DNA of 44,666 nucleotides, filler included, from Catajapyx aquilonaris (lineage: Eukaryota), in NCBI GenBank assembly GCA_000934665.2. It is 2 parts of 2 records of this genome, joined end to end, with 100 filler letters (N's around TTAATTAATTAA, not from the genome) between each part and the next. Parts side by side here need not be neighbours in the genome. Positions count along the whole stretch, not along the records: positions 1 to 22,242 come from JYFJ02005906.1; 1 more part is not named here. One strand, 5' to 3'. Each line of letters begins with the position of its first letter. The stretch's first letter is position 1. The notes beneath the pieces are model-generated. The model saw only the letters and a list, made by a program, of their open reading frames with translations. It made no database searches and was not told the DNA's origin. A program made the translations under genes and the position numbers. This document shows, piece after piece, positions 9,007 through 22,242 of the stretch.

Positions 9007-12000
9007 CTGAAAATTTTGAACAAATCTATCAGTATACAAGCCATATTTACTCACAAAAACGATGATAGTTAGCTCCAAAAAAAAGGGCATTTCAAATGTT
9101 TTCTTAATTACAAGGTAGCGGCATGAGTCGATTAGTTACATGTCAGACCCAACCACTCCTTCCTTTCCCACCCATCTCGCACCCATTTGTCTTTCTCCCC
9201 ATTACAAACAGACTAAAAATACAACTCTAGTTGAATCTTGTAACCAGCTACGAAAATCGCCATTTTTGCCTGAAAACACCACCCGATGTTCGCGCCATCA
9301 AAATTAGGCTCCACAGATGTCGCATTTTCATACAACTTTGCAAACTTGCCCACAACAATCATGGGCGATTTGGCAGCAAATTAAGGCTCATTATCAGGGC
9401 GGCCAGGATAGGCCATAATAAACGCCTACTTCCATTATATAGCCCCCAAACCTTGCAGCTGTCGCATAACTGCAACAATACGGAATCAATCCACCAAATC
9501 GATTTAAATAATAATCACCGTTTGGATATACTTACACACACAAAAAAAAGGTTAATTACTATCCCGCAAGTTCCACCCCCTTCGGATCCCAATTCAAAGC
9601 TGTTGGTTGGTCGAAATCATCCATCCCACTTGGCCATAATCATCCCAGCTGCCCCAACCACCATTTGGCGCTCCTTATCCGATTCCCCATCATGCCAGGC
9701 GCCCAAATATCGCCCTCGTGAGTCCTCCCCGCCTCTCTGCATGTCCCCAATGAGAAACCACCCAGGCATATTTACTCATTCATACTACCGCCCCCGCACT
9801 CCTGACCGCAATGGCGTCCCCACAAATCACGTACGCCGCCATTGCGCCAATTACACTCTTATATGGAGATATCACCCGGATCCTGGTATCGTCCACATTA
9901 ATGTAATATGCAGGCGTGTCCCCCAACGAGCCACACCCTCAAGAATCTTCATATGTTAATTACTCGGGCGTGCCCCCCATTGTTTCACATTCCAATTATT
10001 TATTTATAAAAAATTTACAGAATTTATTTACAGCGAGCGCTGTAGGTACCTGGTACAGCCTACTAGCGGAAACATTAAGGAGCCAGTCTGTGCCGACTAT
10101 AACGATAGTTTCCAGAGCCTTCCTTTACCCCAGCAATTCCAGGCCGTTTCTCCCTCCTTAATCACTGTTATGGCAACGCGCCAGCCCCCGTTTGATGCCA
10201 TTAACTGCTTAATCCATGTCATTAAACTCGTATAAATGGGCTTTAGAGCCGAGTGGACACGGCCCCGAGAATTTCTCTGAGAAAATCCACCCTTAGACGC
10301 CAAGAGAGTTTTGCTCGCGACTTTGATCTGATTTTTGGGGGCGCACCATGGTTTGTACTTGCACCATCATGTTCACTATCCCGATTGGTTGCTGTGGGGA
10401 GGATCCATGGCGCCGTAGTGTCTGGAGATAATGAAAAGGGAGGGACCTCAGATGAAAAAAAAAAAAAAGCTTGGTTCTTCCTCGTGTACTTTACTGTAAT
10501 CATCATTAGGCATTCTTCTACAAGGAGACAGATAGCACACACAAAAAATATGATGGGTCGAGGGAGGTTGGGGAGATGCGCTTTCCACGCCTGTCATTAT
10601 TACGGTTATTTTACGAAGCAACTTCAAAATGGCAGATGAAAGATTTCAGGCACTGTCACGGTTTTTCATTCACGATTTTTGTGGGTACAAAAAAATGTGG
10701 AGGGAAATTAGGCTAGTCGTGAAAGTATGACGCAGCACTTGTATAGTGTAAGCTACTAACTTATATTTCAAGTTCACGTCATCAACCGGATTTACAGGTA
10801 ACCAGTGTTTCTCATAACTATATATGACTCCAACTAAAGAATGAAGAATCATTCTACTACATTAGATTGCGTGAATGAGTTACAAAGATTGTCTTTGAGG
10901 ATTGCTGTCACAATCTTCTAAGACAATGCGTTGCCATTTCTAAAACACCTTGTGACACGAATCAGGGACCTCACAAAAATGACATCCGGTGATTATTTTT
11001 TTGGCAAAACTACTTGAATGGTTGGCAGCTGCCAGAAAAGTTTTTGAGCAACAGGAGGCATCTGCAGTCAGGCTCCTTTCCATCGTCATGGCCCGGATTA
11101 CGGTAATAAGGAATAGAGGCTTTCTGGGAAAAACAGCAAAACACAGGCTATGAGGCCTGCCATTTTCCCAGCTTCTTGGGAGGGCAGCTGCTCCTTGTTT
11201 TGTTGACGACCCTTCAGAAAAGCGTCCCTCTCTGCCTCTCATTATCAGACCCTCATACTACCGTTTTGTACCCAAGCTCAAAACGGGGACCATGAATTTG
11301 AAATTGATGACAAAATGAGTACAGCCCATCATCATTTACAGTATATTGCCTAAGTAGTATAGGAGATGCGAAATAGTATACAGCTTGTATCTTCCACTAG
11401 TAAGAAACACTTTGAGTTTATGGTGAGCGAAAATTTTTGCCCACACTCAAAAGATGTTGGTCTGGCTATACATTTTCACCCCAGGGTGATTAATTTTCAA
11501 AATGACAAATGACACCATAAGATTGTCATGCACGAATTCCTGATGACAAATTACCAATTTCCCATTTTTCTTTTACGTATTTTGTTTGGCCTGAGGAAGT
11601 TTATCATGCTATAAACTCGATACAGTCATGACGTCTCAGCACTATACGTAGGGTAGGCTATACTGTTGTGGCTAAAATTCTGGGGAGACGACCAAATTCT
11701 CAAAGTCCCAAATAGTTCACTTAACAATTGGCAATTGGCAATGTGAATATATATGGTCACAATGTAAAGTAATAGGAATTCAATTCTATATCTATAGCCG
11801 AGTTTGTGCAGCTGTGACTATAATTGAAAATTCCAAAATGCACTGCAAGATTATGGCTTGTACGTCACTTTTTCGCAAACACTGAAAATACCGGGAAACG
11901 TTCAGGTGAATGAATAGTCTTTGTCCAATAGTTATCCAATTACTTCGTCCATTACTTACTATCACAAAAAGCGTAATTCGTGCCCTCTTTGCAACAATTA

Positions 12001-15000
12001 CTATACTATGTAACAATACAGGCAAAGGTAAACTTTTCACCTACCACACACGCAAATAAACATCACAAAAGGATAGGCCGTTCATTAATATACATCTGTT
12101 GGACTGACGCATGCTGTGCTGGTCTCATTGAGAGCATTAAAAAAATTACAAGCTACATTTTTCCTCGAATAAGACATTTTCGCTGAAATAACAGCAATTA
12201 CGGGGCACAGCCACGTAACATCCTGAAACAACAAGAGTCTCTTGTGTAATGCTGAAAGAGTGCCAGATTGTCATCGCCCACTCTCACACACACACGCATG
12301 CCTAAAGCAAAATCCAAATTTTTCTGACAATCCGAGTGTATAATCTGCATTTTAAACTCTCCTGATCATTGGAGAGTAGGGCATGGGTGGCAAAATTAGT
12401 TTGAATTCAAAAAAGTAACGAGTAAGCCAAAAAGCATTGAACATTCCATTTAAAAAAGCGCGGTTACTCTGGTTTACAGGTTCAATTCCATTCCGTAACT
12501 TATTGGTCAGTATTCAAATGCCAAATCCCTAAACCTATTGGTCGAGAGTCGCTCTCCGATTTCGGGAAGATTGCGATTATTCAGGGTGACCAGTACAGGC
12601 CTACCTCTTCCATTTGTTTCAGGTATGGCCATTTCATGGCCTAATACTCTCGGTCAACTTGTGCATATATAGTTTTTGGCTGGAAAAAGTCACGATGACG
12701 TCCGAAAGCAATTACATCTTGATTATGTTACCATGGGCAGTAAAAGAAGCATGCTGTGTAGCATACCACTTTCTCTCAGAACTCCCAGTGCGTGAAGCAG
12801 TAATGTTTTGGTGAAAAGTATTTCGTATGTGAAAAATGTACAATTTACAAAGACTTTCATCGTAATATTTTTGTTATTTGAAGAAGGTCCTTCGTAAATA
12901 CGGTACTGATGGTGATCAAAAACTATATTCATGACACAAGAAAGTTTCTGTGCCCCTTTGAAAGAGATTAGTCTGTTTACTGGAAATTACATGATGTGGT
13001 ACTGTATACAAAACGTACAGCATGCGGAGTAACTTGAGATCAGTACCAAGTGTCCGAAAGTAAATTTACCTTAAATTTGCAAAACCACTAAGCCACCAAT
13101 CTTCTTCTAGTCAAAATGAGGGCTTATGGTAAATAGAGTAATCTATATACGTATACAGTAGTATAGAAATCTCACGATAGCGATAGCCATGAAAACATCG
13201 GATGCTCAAACAAATTGGCATAATTGTGTTCAGTCACTTATGGTCCACTATTTGCTAAGTGAAGAAAGTTTTCTTTCAAATTAACGTCACCGCCTATTTG
13301 TAAGCAAAACGTTTTCACCATCTTCGAAAAAGTGTTTCTTTTTTTTCCCTATAGGCCGACGCAAAGAGGACACGAACAAAGCTGTGCTTTTGAGGACAAA
13401 ATAAATTTCAAAACAAAAACTTACTTCTGTTTGGCCTACATTCTCCTTGTGTAAATTGTCCCAATTTACCAGTGTCTCAAAAAAACTAGACGAAATACAG
13501 GCATGTTGTATTATGTTTCTTACGCTTCATTTTTTGTCATTTGTTCCGTGGTGCCTCAATTTATTACTTGAAGTAACCAAAATATTACATAATTCTATCC
13601 TTAAAATCTAGAAGCCTCGCCGCTGGACTTTGAAACTTTGCAATATACGTTCGAAATAAGTTAGTCTGCTACTGTGACGCAAGGCAGAAATTTCGCTGCT
13701 CCATATTGATTGCTAGTTTACAATAATAATAACACAGCACAGCACAACCGGGAAAAAATCGAAAATATTGGCCAATTACAAACGTTCTTAACAACCCGAT
13801 TTGACCGTGACCCATTCCCGCACCTGGCAACACAAGTCCACAACGAAACTTCCCAAGATGTTGAATTGTGCTGGCTAAATTGATGGCCATTTGTCACTTA
13901 ACCCAGTTATCATTCCCTCTGCCTATATCTAAACTATCAGTAAAACTATGAAATTTAGGGATCAAGTCCAAAGGTTGCGAACTGCTATTTGTTATATCGT
14001 CCGTTAATTCTGGCCATATTACAGCCTATATAGCTAGTCGGCATACTTTGATTAAGGGTGCAAAATTTTCTTGACAGGATATTTCTTATTCTGCATAAAA
14101 ATATACACCTAATTACCATTCCATTTTTGGACACGTGATACAGTACGTCCAGTAATTCAAATTCACGAGAGGGAATGGGTTTCATTCGAATCTAATTGCC
14201 ATGAAAATAGTGATATTTGCATCAGTGAGTCAACAATTCAGAAAGTTTTGCTCGCGGTGTGTTAATCTGGCGTATATAATTTCCTTGCACAAATTATGTG
14301 GGTGAGGATTATACCCGTGCACTTTTTAGGCACGAAACGTACATATACGAGTACCAAATAAAACTGCATAAATTTGATGAATAAGTGAAATTTTGAACTC
14401 AGCTTGTTTCCTTCATCCATCACGAAACATTTCAAGAGAGAAAGACGCCTATAGTCCTATACTTGGATCAACTAATCTTGAATTCGCCACTCTATACTGT
14501 TATAACATGCGTATATCCCAAATTGTAACTTTCCTTTTCCAAGTGACCGTATAGGATGTAAGAAATACACCATTATCTGAAAACGTCTGGAGTATACATC
14601 TATTTCACCCAAATTTCAGTTAGTTTTTGAACGTTTCGCGGTCTTTGCCAGCTTAATATCATTGGCCAGGCACAATGGTAACAATATTAATTGTGAAATC
14701 CTACCTTACTTTTCCCCACCAAAAAATTACACGAAAATGACACTGAGCACAAAGAGGTTCCTAAAAAAGACCGAATGAGATCACCCACTGTGAAAATATG
14801 TAAGCGATTATTTCTGGTACTTGAGGACACAGCTATCCAGACGGGCAGGAACATTGCGTGTTTTCAACATAAGAAATGAATAATGTATGCATAGTGTCAT
14901 TTAGCATTTTCATTCGCAATATTTATGACAATAATATGCAATACAAACTTCTATTCAGCATGGTTCCGCACTACTGGGTTGCTTTGGGCAAAATACGTTT

Positions 15001-15641
15001 AGTAAATTACGAATCCTCTGGGTCAGTCCTAAGTTGTCCGCCTGGTGAAAGGGGGCGGGCTGGTGAAAGGTAATCCCTTGCTATTAGCCTACGACCATTT
15101 AAAAAATACACTGTCGATCTGTACGTTAGCAGGAAGATGGTGTTTAAACGGATACAGTATATGACTCATGTAGTACGTCGTAGTAAAATTGCACGCTTTT
15201 CCGTCAAAGGCGGTTTGGAACATGTCAGAGATCTCATATTCTTACAGATCCAATCAAAATATATGTAATAATCTGCAACGCTTAAATGTATCTGACTTGC
15301 AGGTCGGTATATAACCAGCCATAAAAATGAGTTAAAAGTCTGCCTGTCCTATGCAGAAATACTGAGAAGCAAATAAAGAATGGCGAGCGTCCATGTCGTC
15401 CACAAAATGTCCGGGGGAAGCGAGAACAACTTACCTTGAAAATATTCAGAGTAAAATTAACATTAACATCCCCAAGGAGTAGCTCTCGTCATTATCAGAA
15501 ACAAAGACATGTAAAATTGTCCTTCACATACAGTATGTAACTGTCCCACATCTCTGAACTATTTCGATCCTAGTAATCACTCAAATTCTCCAATCGCATA
15601 CACCACATATTCAAATCAAATCATGCAAAAATCACACCTAC

Positions 15642-15785
15642 CTGGTGACCTGCCGTTCCTTCAAAAAATTCTTCTTTTCCTCCTCATTCTCCATATCCGC
15701 AATTTTGTTCTCCAACCCACCAGAGAATGGGATGAGAATGGCCCCAGGATCATTCTTATCCACCCAGTCTTTGATCTTCGGCAGC
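15642..15785 (-). CDS. OLA1: Obg-like ATPase 1 internal exon
   Basis: ctcgcag|(W)[47 protein letters not shown](S)|gtaggt. 144 nt, phase 2/2. Confidence 0.95.
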
Positions 15786-17539
15786 CTGCGAGCAAAAGAA
15801 AAGCTCCAGTTCACCACAAGTGGTCACAATCGGCCGCGTAACACATTAGCACCAATGACTTTCTTTCCGATTACAAAAGCTCTCCCCATGCCTCCAGGGG
15901 CCGCTGTCTGACTTTCATCGCACCTTAATTACCTGGTTATTACATGGTGTTAGAGACCATGAGGTGGTCAAAATTTGGAAGATGCCCGTCATGACTTCTT
16001 TTTTTTTGCCTCCACTTTTATGAAGTGCTAATTGACGCTCAAAATCTTTTTCTATTCATTACACGCTGCAAGCGATATGTGATTGTGATACCCACAAAAA
16101 ATTGTTATAGGACCTTTTCACACCAGATTTTCACCAATTATAATTTGTACAGATAATATTGGAATATACACAGCACTGCACCTTCAAAGTCTACAATTCA
16201 CAAACAATATAGTGCGACTATTCACAATGTTGACTAGCTTAACCCTTGTACTTCCCATGTCCAAACCTAGCCTTTAAAAATGGCCCCATTAGCCTTTCTG
16301 AATGAGTGCCACACACAAAGTTCCACCGACTTGAAAGTGATGATTCGGGAACATGCAAGTTCAAAAAATTGGTGCACAGTACCCACACATTTGTCACACA
16401 GCGCAAATACATGAGAAAAAGCCCCGTACATTAAGTTTGTGTCCGGAAAGAGCGCATTGGTTCCGTTTCACTCGCACGTCGAATCCAATTCTCACCACTC
16501 CTGGCACAAAGGAGAAGGGTAAAACCAACACCCGACCTACTAGCTGTCACTTTACACACTGCTAAATCCAATCATACATCCATGTTTTTCCCCCGTTCTG
16601 TTTTTTTGTTCCTTTTTGTAGTGGGTGGATACAGGTATATGATGGTGAGACCAAGACTCATTTCTTTCCCCTACCGGATCTAATGGAAAAATAATCACCT
16701 TCCTCCATGACTCCTCCACCAATCACACACCACATAATGGAGCGTGCAATCATAAATTTTTGTCTACAAATCGATTTAGAAAAAAAAACCGCTCAAAAAA
16801 CGAAAACGATGCTCAACATTTTTTTGGCGTTCAGCTGGGAAAGAACAGCCGATGTGGACAAAAATTGGTATACAGACCTATTTCAAATTTGACTGGAACC
16901 TGTCTGACACAAATAGATGATTTTGGTGGCAATCAATGCCATACAAAATTACATTTTTTAAATAATTAGCAAGTAAGCCTCCAGAACTACTGTATGGCAC
17001 GATGCCCGATCTCGACCAAAAAAATATGAATCTGCTCGTTCTGCATTTCAGGTCTTCATTTAGAAACAACCAGACACTACACAAACGACGATGTACCTTT
17101 ACCCCTATATCATCTGCCACGGAAATCTCGGGAGTGAATAAATAAATAATCCCGGACATATAAAGTGGCTTATAAATGAAAGGGGTCCCGGCGGCACCTT
17201 TGCCCACTGAGAGGAAGGCGGTGAAAAATGGCGCCCATTGGGGCCAGTTGTTAATTAAATTCTCCTTTGAGGCGCACGCTCAAGCCTGCAAGCCCACCTT
17301 AGTCCAGCAGCAGGGGATCTAGCCCTAGACAAATAGCTCCCAGAGGAGCCTGCAACTTTTGTTCCTCAAGGTGTCAGAGTCATTTCTCACCGGCACGGGA
17401 ACCCGTGCCTTTCCACGCCTTTGCCCTTTCTCACTGTGTCATACCCAAGCGCCTCTGCCGGACGCGTCCCAACATTGACATCTCGCTGCGTCATTCTGTG
17501 AGCTCAATAAAAGACAGATGCCATGGAAAAAATACTCAC

Positions 17540-17637
17540 CACTTGTTTTTCTTGCGAATGTAGTCCTTTTCGGAGAGGTTGACCAAGTAAATGACCGGCT
17601 TGGAGGTGATGAAGAGATGTTTGTTTAGCACCTCGAT
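17540..17637 (-). CDS. OLA1: Obg-like ATPase 1 internal exon (G4-like NLSE motif)
   Basis: tgacag|[32 protein letters not shown](W)|gtgagt. 98 nt. Confidence 0.96.
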
Positions 17638-17971
17638 CTGTCAGAAGAAAGGGAGGGGAAGCAGGTGGAGACACGTGCGGCATGGGGTAGAACAAAAGCT
17701 GGCCTTTCCCATCAGAAACAAAGAACTTCCAGCCCCTTTTCTCGCACAGTTATCATCCCCAGGGCTCGTTACTACTTCATTCAAACAAAAGGGGCTTTTC
17801 CCCGTCACACGGGGAGCCAGATATTCTTAGGAAGTTGCTCTCAGAACCTTAATGGAATACAAGGGTGAGATTCACATCCGCCATTTTCCCATTCTTGTTT
17901 CTGTGGGCGATTTATTTGAACATACTGGATATTCTGGCATGATATTAATCAAAACGGGGGCGGTGACTTAC

Positions 17972-18049
17972 TTCGTTAACATTCCATTCTGCAAATCTTA
18001 TGTGCTTCTTCTCTTCCTCCAGCAATTGCTTCACTTTTGCTAAGACATC
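17972..18049 (-). CDS. OLA1: Obg-like ATPase 1 internal exon (most 5' exon found)
   Basis: ttgcag|DVLAKVKQLLEEEKKHIRFAEWNVNE|gtaagt. 78 nt, phase 0/0, joins in frame to IEVLNKHLF. Confidence 0.92.
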
Positions 18050-19090
18050 CTGCAAGAAAAATAGAGAGCAATGTAACAAATAGGATAATAATGATACAAT
18101 TCACAGCATGCAGTGTATGTTACCAGGAATATCCGTAACTTCACATACATAACTGCCCATTGCATCAAGCTAGAATGTCTAACTTTGCTATATAATTACG
18201 GCACTATTTTATGATCTGACTTTTTTCGTTTGTTTACACTTTCAACATAGATGTACTGTTGTGTTGAAAGATGTGGATATACTGGATTACGTATTTGAGT
18301 CACGAAATCTAGAGCAACNGGGGGGGGGGATTAAATATTATATTTAGATATGACTATCCCTCCGCGTAATGAGTTCGTTTACAATTCCATCGATTAACGT
18401 GGGGAGAAGAGCTTTGGCAATAATAAATTAATCTAATCCACACAGCACCTGGACCTTTCAAAGCACCCATGTGACTATTTTGGATTCAAGGCGAATATTA
18501 TGTGTTTTGGAATGCAACTCATCAAACTCGATAGTTCTCACTCAAAACCCATAGGGCACAGTTCTACTTCCTGTATTCTTCAAGTTATCATTGCATTTAC
18601 AGGGGTTAGACAAATAACGGGGGGCTCTGTAAAAAGCGGGTGAATTTTCTCCTCGAAAACGGGAAAAGTTACAGAGATGGCTTTTACTGATTTTTGAAGC
18701 TGTGTCGATATACATTTTGGGACATGAAGATGACACAAAAATCTCAAGAGGAGGGGGAGAAACAAGATACTAGTGACACCCCCCTCCCCCCAGACCCCAT
18801 TTTCCTTTTCATTTGAAAATGAAATTAGTTACATATATGAACTTGATTGGATTTTGAAGCTCAATTGATGTCACTTTGTGTGGTATAGAGATGGACCAAA
18901 ATTACCGACAGGACAGGAGGCGTAAGAAAAAATAGAAACGACATCGACACCCCCCTTCCTGGCACTAACTCGGAGAAGAGGTTGGACAAAATAATGTATA
19001 GTAAGTTTGGGTCGAATTTTCGTCCCATTGCTAGTTACTACCAACTTAGTAGTACCATATTTGGCACTGGTACTGATAAGTTAGCATTAA

Positions 19091-19922
19091 CCCTGGAACC
19101 GTGCCGTGGGGTCTTTTCGGACCCCAAAGGAATTAAAATGCATTAAAATTATACAATTACAATGAACTGTTTGCCATTTTTAAAAGTATATAACAAGAAG
19201 TGCAGGTTGATTTTGAATTGGCGATCCTTTTAGGCAGTGTTCAAAAAATGATTGTATACAGGGTGCTCAAAAACTCGCGGAAAGTGGCCACGTAGCCTGA
19301 TAGGTCTCGCAAAACTAATATAGGGATGTGGAAGTAGTTTTGGGCTAACTTGCATAGTTCTTGCGTACGACGCCTTTAAGATTTCGGGAGTTTCATGACG
19401 TCTCATCCGCCTTGAGGCCCCATTGCGTCATTATACATGTTGTTATGGCTGTTGCCATTGGCACTGATTATTGTTGCGAATATTGTCAACTGTGATTGTT
19501 GAGAAATAAACAACGATTTCAGTTTGTATCTATGGCCAGTCGTATCGACACCTCAATTGCCAGACTGAAATCGTTGCGTATTTCTCAACAATCACAGTTG
19601 ACAATATTCGCAACAATAATCAGTGCCAATGGCAACAACCACAACAACATGTATGATGACGCAATGGGGCCTCAAGGCGGATGTGACGTCATGAAACTCC
19701 CGAAATCTTAAAGGCGTCATACGCAAAAACTATGCAAGTTAGCCCAAAACTACTTCCACATCCCTATTAGTTTTGCGAGACCTATCAGGCTACGTGGCCA
19801 CTTTCCGCGAGTTTTTGAGCACCCTAAAGTCAATACATTGAAAAGTATTATATGAAAATTAATAAAAATTAAAATAGGACGTGGGGTCCTAAAAGACCCC
19901 ACGGCACGGCACGGTTCCAGGG
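19091..19922. mobile_element. piggyBac-like MITE
   Basis: TTAA|ccctggaaccgtgccgtggggtctttt ... aaaagaccccacggcacggcacggttccaggg|TTAA. Confidence 0.88.
19259..19826. mobile_element. Tc1/mariner-type near-perfect fold-back MITE (innermost layer)
   Basis: TA|cagggtgctcaaaaactcgcggaaag ... ctttccgcgagtttttgagcaccct. Arms about 265 bp with few mismatches and a spacer of about 35 nt. Confidence 0.9.
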
Positions 19923-20508
19923 TTAACTAGCAGTGGGACAAAAATTTTCCATAGTTTGCATTCAAGCAGTGCAGTGCCGGGGAAGGGGGGTGAGGTATCT
20001 ATTATTTTCCCCGCCCCCTGTTGGTAATTTTGGGCCATCTCTATACCAAACAAAGTGACTTCGATAGAGCTTCAAAGTCCAGTCCATATACGTAAATGTA
20101 ACTATTTCCATTTGCAAATGAAAAGGGTGGAACACTGGTCAAAAATGAGGTCGGGGGGGGGGGGGGGGGGNTTCAGAAATCAGTAAAAGTCATCTCTGTA
20201 ACTTATCCAGTTTTCGAGTACAATAGAGAGAAAATTCACCCGCTTTTTGCAGGGAGCCCCGTTATTTTGTCCAACCCCTGTATGTCGCAGAATTAAGATC
20301 ACATTCGCATAGGTTGAATGTTGGAGGTTGGCTTCATGACTACAACAACGGTAACGATAGGCTACATCTGGGGGAATACTCCTTCTTGACTGACTCATGC
20401 CTCAAGAACAAAACCTCAACGCAGAAGACACTGCAAAATTCCCAGCGACGCCAGAGCTCAATTATGGTTTTATACATGGTATAATGTTTCTTCTGAAACG
20501 ATCCCTAG

Positions 20509-20592
20509 ATATCGTCGGGTGAGAATTACATGGTTGTAACTGCAATGAAAATCCTGTGTAGTTACAACCTTGTAATTCTCACCCAACGATAT
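20509..20592. repeat. 84-nt hairpin (tiny MITE or pre-miRNA-like)
   Basis: Arms atatcgtcgggtgagaattacatggttgtaact and agttacaaccttgtaattctcacccaacgatat. Confidence 0.7.
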
Positions 20593-22030
20593 ATAACATT
20601 ACACCTGCACACTCCCAACAGGTACTGAATCGCCAGAGAGTCGTTTTTACGCGCTTGTACAACGCCATTGTACAATTTTCGCAATACCATTCTCGGAAAT
20701 CATATTGTCCCATTTGTGACGTAAATATTCATTTGCGTTCTACTTTGGCCTCACTAACTGTAATCATCGTCCAAGCCATGAAATCTACGAATGATAATGC
20801 TCTCGATATTATGTCCCTTTGCATAAGAAGTGCAACTGACACGACACCGAAACACAATATTTTCCTGTTGAATATCAGTCCTCACGTCCACATGAAAAGA
20901 CGCATAAGTAATCTCCAGCACTTGAATCACTTTCATTTTCTGCAACACTGACGAACCATCTATGCCCAACCTGTCCATCTTACTAAACAATTTCATGGTG
21001 GTGCTCGGAGGAACTGATTTGGCCTGATCTATATATACTTCATGAACACAGGAAAGGAGGCATACCAGATGGCAAGCATTAGATGACTATCGCCACATCC
21101 TCGCAAATGTGCACAAATCCGTGGAATTACGAAAACCCCCCGAGACTTATGAGCGTCCTGACAACAATCTCCCTTAGGCAAAACGGTTGGTTCCAGATAC
21201 ATGGCGGGTGAAGGATTACTATTTGGCAAAAAAGGAGAAGAAAAAAAAAACCGCGGAGCTGGAGGGGGGAGGCACACACACATTATATCGCTTCCCTTGT
21301 TGCCCCATGAAATCTCGGCAACACGCAAGAGAGGAGTTGGCAGGCTATCATTTGGAGGCACCCCCAAAACATTATTGGTTCATGCACAGCCATCGTTTCC
21401 AGAGACGGCGCTATTGGCCCCTGGGGCAATCGTTCACCCCTTTTTCTAGATTGTTGCTGGGGGTGCAATATGGCGGTACATTTTTGATCTCAGCCCAATA
21501 CAATCGCGCCCACAATCTAAACCATATACGGTAATGTGACGGCTTATATGCACATTGTCAGAGGGCCACGAATAAAAAGCGAATGTTGTTGTAGATATTA
21601 ATATTGTTGATGACACGATTTAGAATGGTTCATAAATATCTAATATGCGAACATGCATACACCGCGGTTCTCATCACGTCCATTAGGCAAATAAAGTGAC
21701 TTATCCATTCAGCCTTTGTATACAATATAAACTGTTATTGCATGTGCAAATTTATGGTATTTTTGGGAGAAGAAGGTTATTTTCACTTCGCCTTTGTCGC
21801 AAAATAACCTGCCTAGTAAGAAAATAACACACATTGTAAAAATAATTTCAATATATAGTCGCATTTTATATGTTCGTGCACAATAGGGTGTCAGAAGGAC
21901 GGTAGGCCGCAGTAATTATCGGTATTTAGAGAACTATAGTCATGGCGTTTATGTAAAGAAATATTATTAAGCCGCATTACTACCCATTATTACCCACCAC
22001 AAAAGCATGAAAAAATACCGCAAGAGTATA

Positions 22031-22242
22031 CAGGGTGTATCTGAACTCAGTGCCCCGACGTATATGACTGCCTTCCTAGCCACCAGAGGATCGATTTAAG
22101 TATAGGAGTCATATGTCTGGGCAGCCTCATTACGGAGATAATTTGCCGCAAACATGTAGTACAAAATATCCTGTCGGTTAGGCCACCCATCGAACCCTCC
22201 CCCAGTCAGAAGGCTCTGGAAGGTCTGGGGGCCGGACTTTGT
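22031..22242. mobile_element. Left end of a Tc1/mariner-type element running into the gap
   Basis: TA|cagggtgtatctgaactc terminus like the other CAGGGTG elements. The partner end is not visible. Confidence 0.5.

Larger units (their letters stand above)
19015..19946. mobile_element. Small fold-back element (about 100 bp), split by a piggyBac-like insertion
   Basis: Arms aattttcgtcccattgctagtta and taactagcagtgggacaaaaatt, with inner arms aacttagtagtacca and tggtactgataagtt. Confidence 0.6.
18600..20280. mobile_element. Tc1-like non-autonomous element with long diverged TIRs (outer layer of a nest)
   Basis: TA|caggggttagacaaataacgggg ... ccccgttattttgtccaacccctg|TA. Inverted homology continues patchily to about 18966 vs 19973. 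Confidence 0.85.

Noticed and set aside
11245..11335. Possible intronic C/D-box snoRNA (ATGATGA...CTGA on the minus strand)
   Set aside because: No convincing terminal stem or C'/D' boxes, and I cannot recognise an rRNA-complementary guide.
15623..15911. Plus-strand ORFs here and at 17591-18043
   Set aside because: Antisense shadows of OLA1 exons.
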